Source of the DNA: Candidatus Latescibacterota bacterium
Lineage (GTDB): Bacteria > Latescibacterota > CBDEFO01
Reading direction: 5' to 3'
Assembly (NCBI GenBank): GCA_965237525.1
Contig: CBDEFO010000008.1
Location: 1,632,001-1,696,000 of the forward strand
Length of the DNA stretch: 64,000 bases
This document shows, piece after piece, positions 62,701-64,000 of the stretch. Numbering within the stretch: the stretch's first letter is position 1; each line of letters begins with the position of its first letter. The notes under the pieces are model-generated. The model saw nothing but the letters and a program-made list of their open reading frames with translations, was not told the origin of the DNA and ran no database searches. The position numbers and the translations under genes are program-made.

Positions 62701-64000
62701 CGGCGTAGGATTTCGGACAAGTTGCCTGCTATTGTCAGCGCTTCGAAGGCGTCTTCCAGTGGCTCGCAGAGGTCCTTTAGTTCGGCAACACAATCAGTGA
62801 AGGTGGAGCCTGTAAACTGGTAGTGCCGAGCCCAGCGTTCGCGGAGGTCGCCGAAACTCGATCTCGGCGTCAAGCCGCTTCACAAGTTCACCTACGGTAT
62901 CGACCGTCCGGCACAAGCGACCACCGATCCGTAAGTCTCGTACGTAGCTCGCTCGCTTCACGGCGGCGGCGCGGAATGGGCCTATACCCCAACGACCACC
63001 GGCCTCCAGATGCGTATGCAAATCGCCTGCTTCCGCTCGGAGCTTCTGAAGGTCTGCTCCCGGGACCGGGCTGATGGCGTTCGCATCAAGCCATCCAGCG
63101 AACTCAGCCGTTGACTCCACTGTCTCTGTGGTGGCCTCGTGCAGTTGGTGCCAGGTGCGCTCAAAGCCTCCAAGGATCTGCTTCGTTGCCGCTCCTGTCC
63201 ACGGCAGCGGCCGTTGATTGATGCTATCAATCAGCTGGATGAGCTCCCCTAGCCCCCTTTCAAATTCGCTACGGTCGTCCTTGGGCAGCCTCTCCACGTA
63301 GCTGTACTCAGGACCCTGCCGGATCGAAGCATCCTGTTTCGTAGGCTGTACGCACCTCGTGCTCAGCTAGCACAGCCTTCTCGAATGCCTCAGTGGTGGG
63401 CAGACGGTCAACGTTTATGCCTGTCCACCCGCCGGACTCCCACTCTGAGACCTGATTGCTCCTCAGCAGCACAATGAGTTCGGAGAACTCGTCCCCAGTT
63501 AACGGTGGTTCAAGGTCTTCCGGTATTTCGTCGGGAATCCAGTCAAGCTGCTCGCGCTCGCGCTCACCACGCAGCATGTCCGCGATCCGGGCGAGTGTGC
63601 CACTGTATCCGAACTTCACCTCGTGCCTAAAGGTCTCTTGTTCTCGGATCGCACGGAGATCGGCTAGTACCTCAGCCTCGCGCCGTCTCCACTGATCTAG
63701 CTCACGCTCAAGGTTCGAAATAGTGGCCTGACTCTCCGTCGGAGTCCACGTGTTGTGGCGGCTCAGGATGCCTTGGACGGATGCCTCCATCGCGTCCAAG
63801 CTCTGGCGGTTATCACCAAGGAGCACAACCGACAGTGCCGCGATATCCCGCGTGTGTTCTCGGATCATGTCGTGGAGCACCCTGAGGGCGCGCGGCGCGT
63901 GGCTTGTCACGAGGATACGCTGGCCACTGGCAAGCGCGTGACAGATCAGATTCACAATGGTGTGCGACTTCCCAGTGCCTGGCGGCCCTTGCACTAGCAC
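59755..64000 (-). pseudogene. Large SF1 (DNA2/NAM7-like) helicase with C-terminal Vsr/DUF559-like nuclease, multiply frameshifted; N-terminus outside window
   Basis: QGPPGTGKS, IIDEASQ, VGDDKQ, LREHFRC, FQGDE, FNVAASRAR, then FELDV..IDLVV..VECDG..RQRDLE..GW; five consecutive ORF pieces. Confidence 0.85.

Noticed and set aside
1032..63997. Numerous antisense or overlapping ORFs (e.g. 1032..1481, 9842..10420, 27215..27820, 37820..38404, 55062..55790, 61693..62226)
   Set aside because: Shadows of well-supported genes on the other strand or frame; no recognisable motifs
1..64000. tRNA (including selC) or rRNA genes
   Set aside because: No cloverleaf/T-loop or rRNA signature recognised by eye; tRNAscan-SE would be decisive

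Overview
Bacterial chromosomal window, probably from an uncultured anaerobe; DUF6785, CBM9-like and S55/propeller genes resemble Latescibacterota/FCB-type genomes (inference only). Housekeeping content: thiolase-hbd-crt, lepA-lepB, citrate synthase, hemW, thrB, galU, selB, copA, a sigma-70 factor, bcp, a System I* ccm cluster and envelope glycosyltransferases. Main highlights: (1) a selenoprotein split by the ORF caller at 30219..31610, with signal peptide, C-G-U motif, SECIS hairpin 11 nt after the UGA, a degenerate UshA-like domain and four CxxCH heme sites, lying just upstream of ccm with selB in the same window; (2) a 21-bp palindrome (CCCCGATTGAATCTATCGGGG) in 8 dispersed copies that appears to insert into other repeats and has broken one of two IS3 copies; (3) a lone integron-type gene cassette with matching core sites, plus further attC-like relics; (4) an MNT-HEPN pair left between eroded type III restriction-modification mod and res stubs; (5) many pseudogenes, an IS1182 inside a dnaJ-like gene, a duplicated amidohydrolase, and a GC-rich terminal island carrying a frameshifted SF1 helicase-nuclease. 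No rRNA, tRNA or CRISPR array was recognised. All family calls come from motif recognition by eye, not from database searches.
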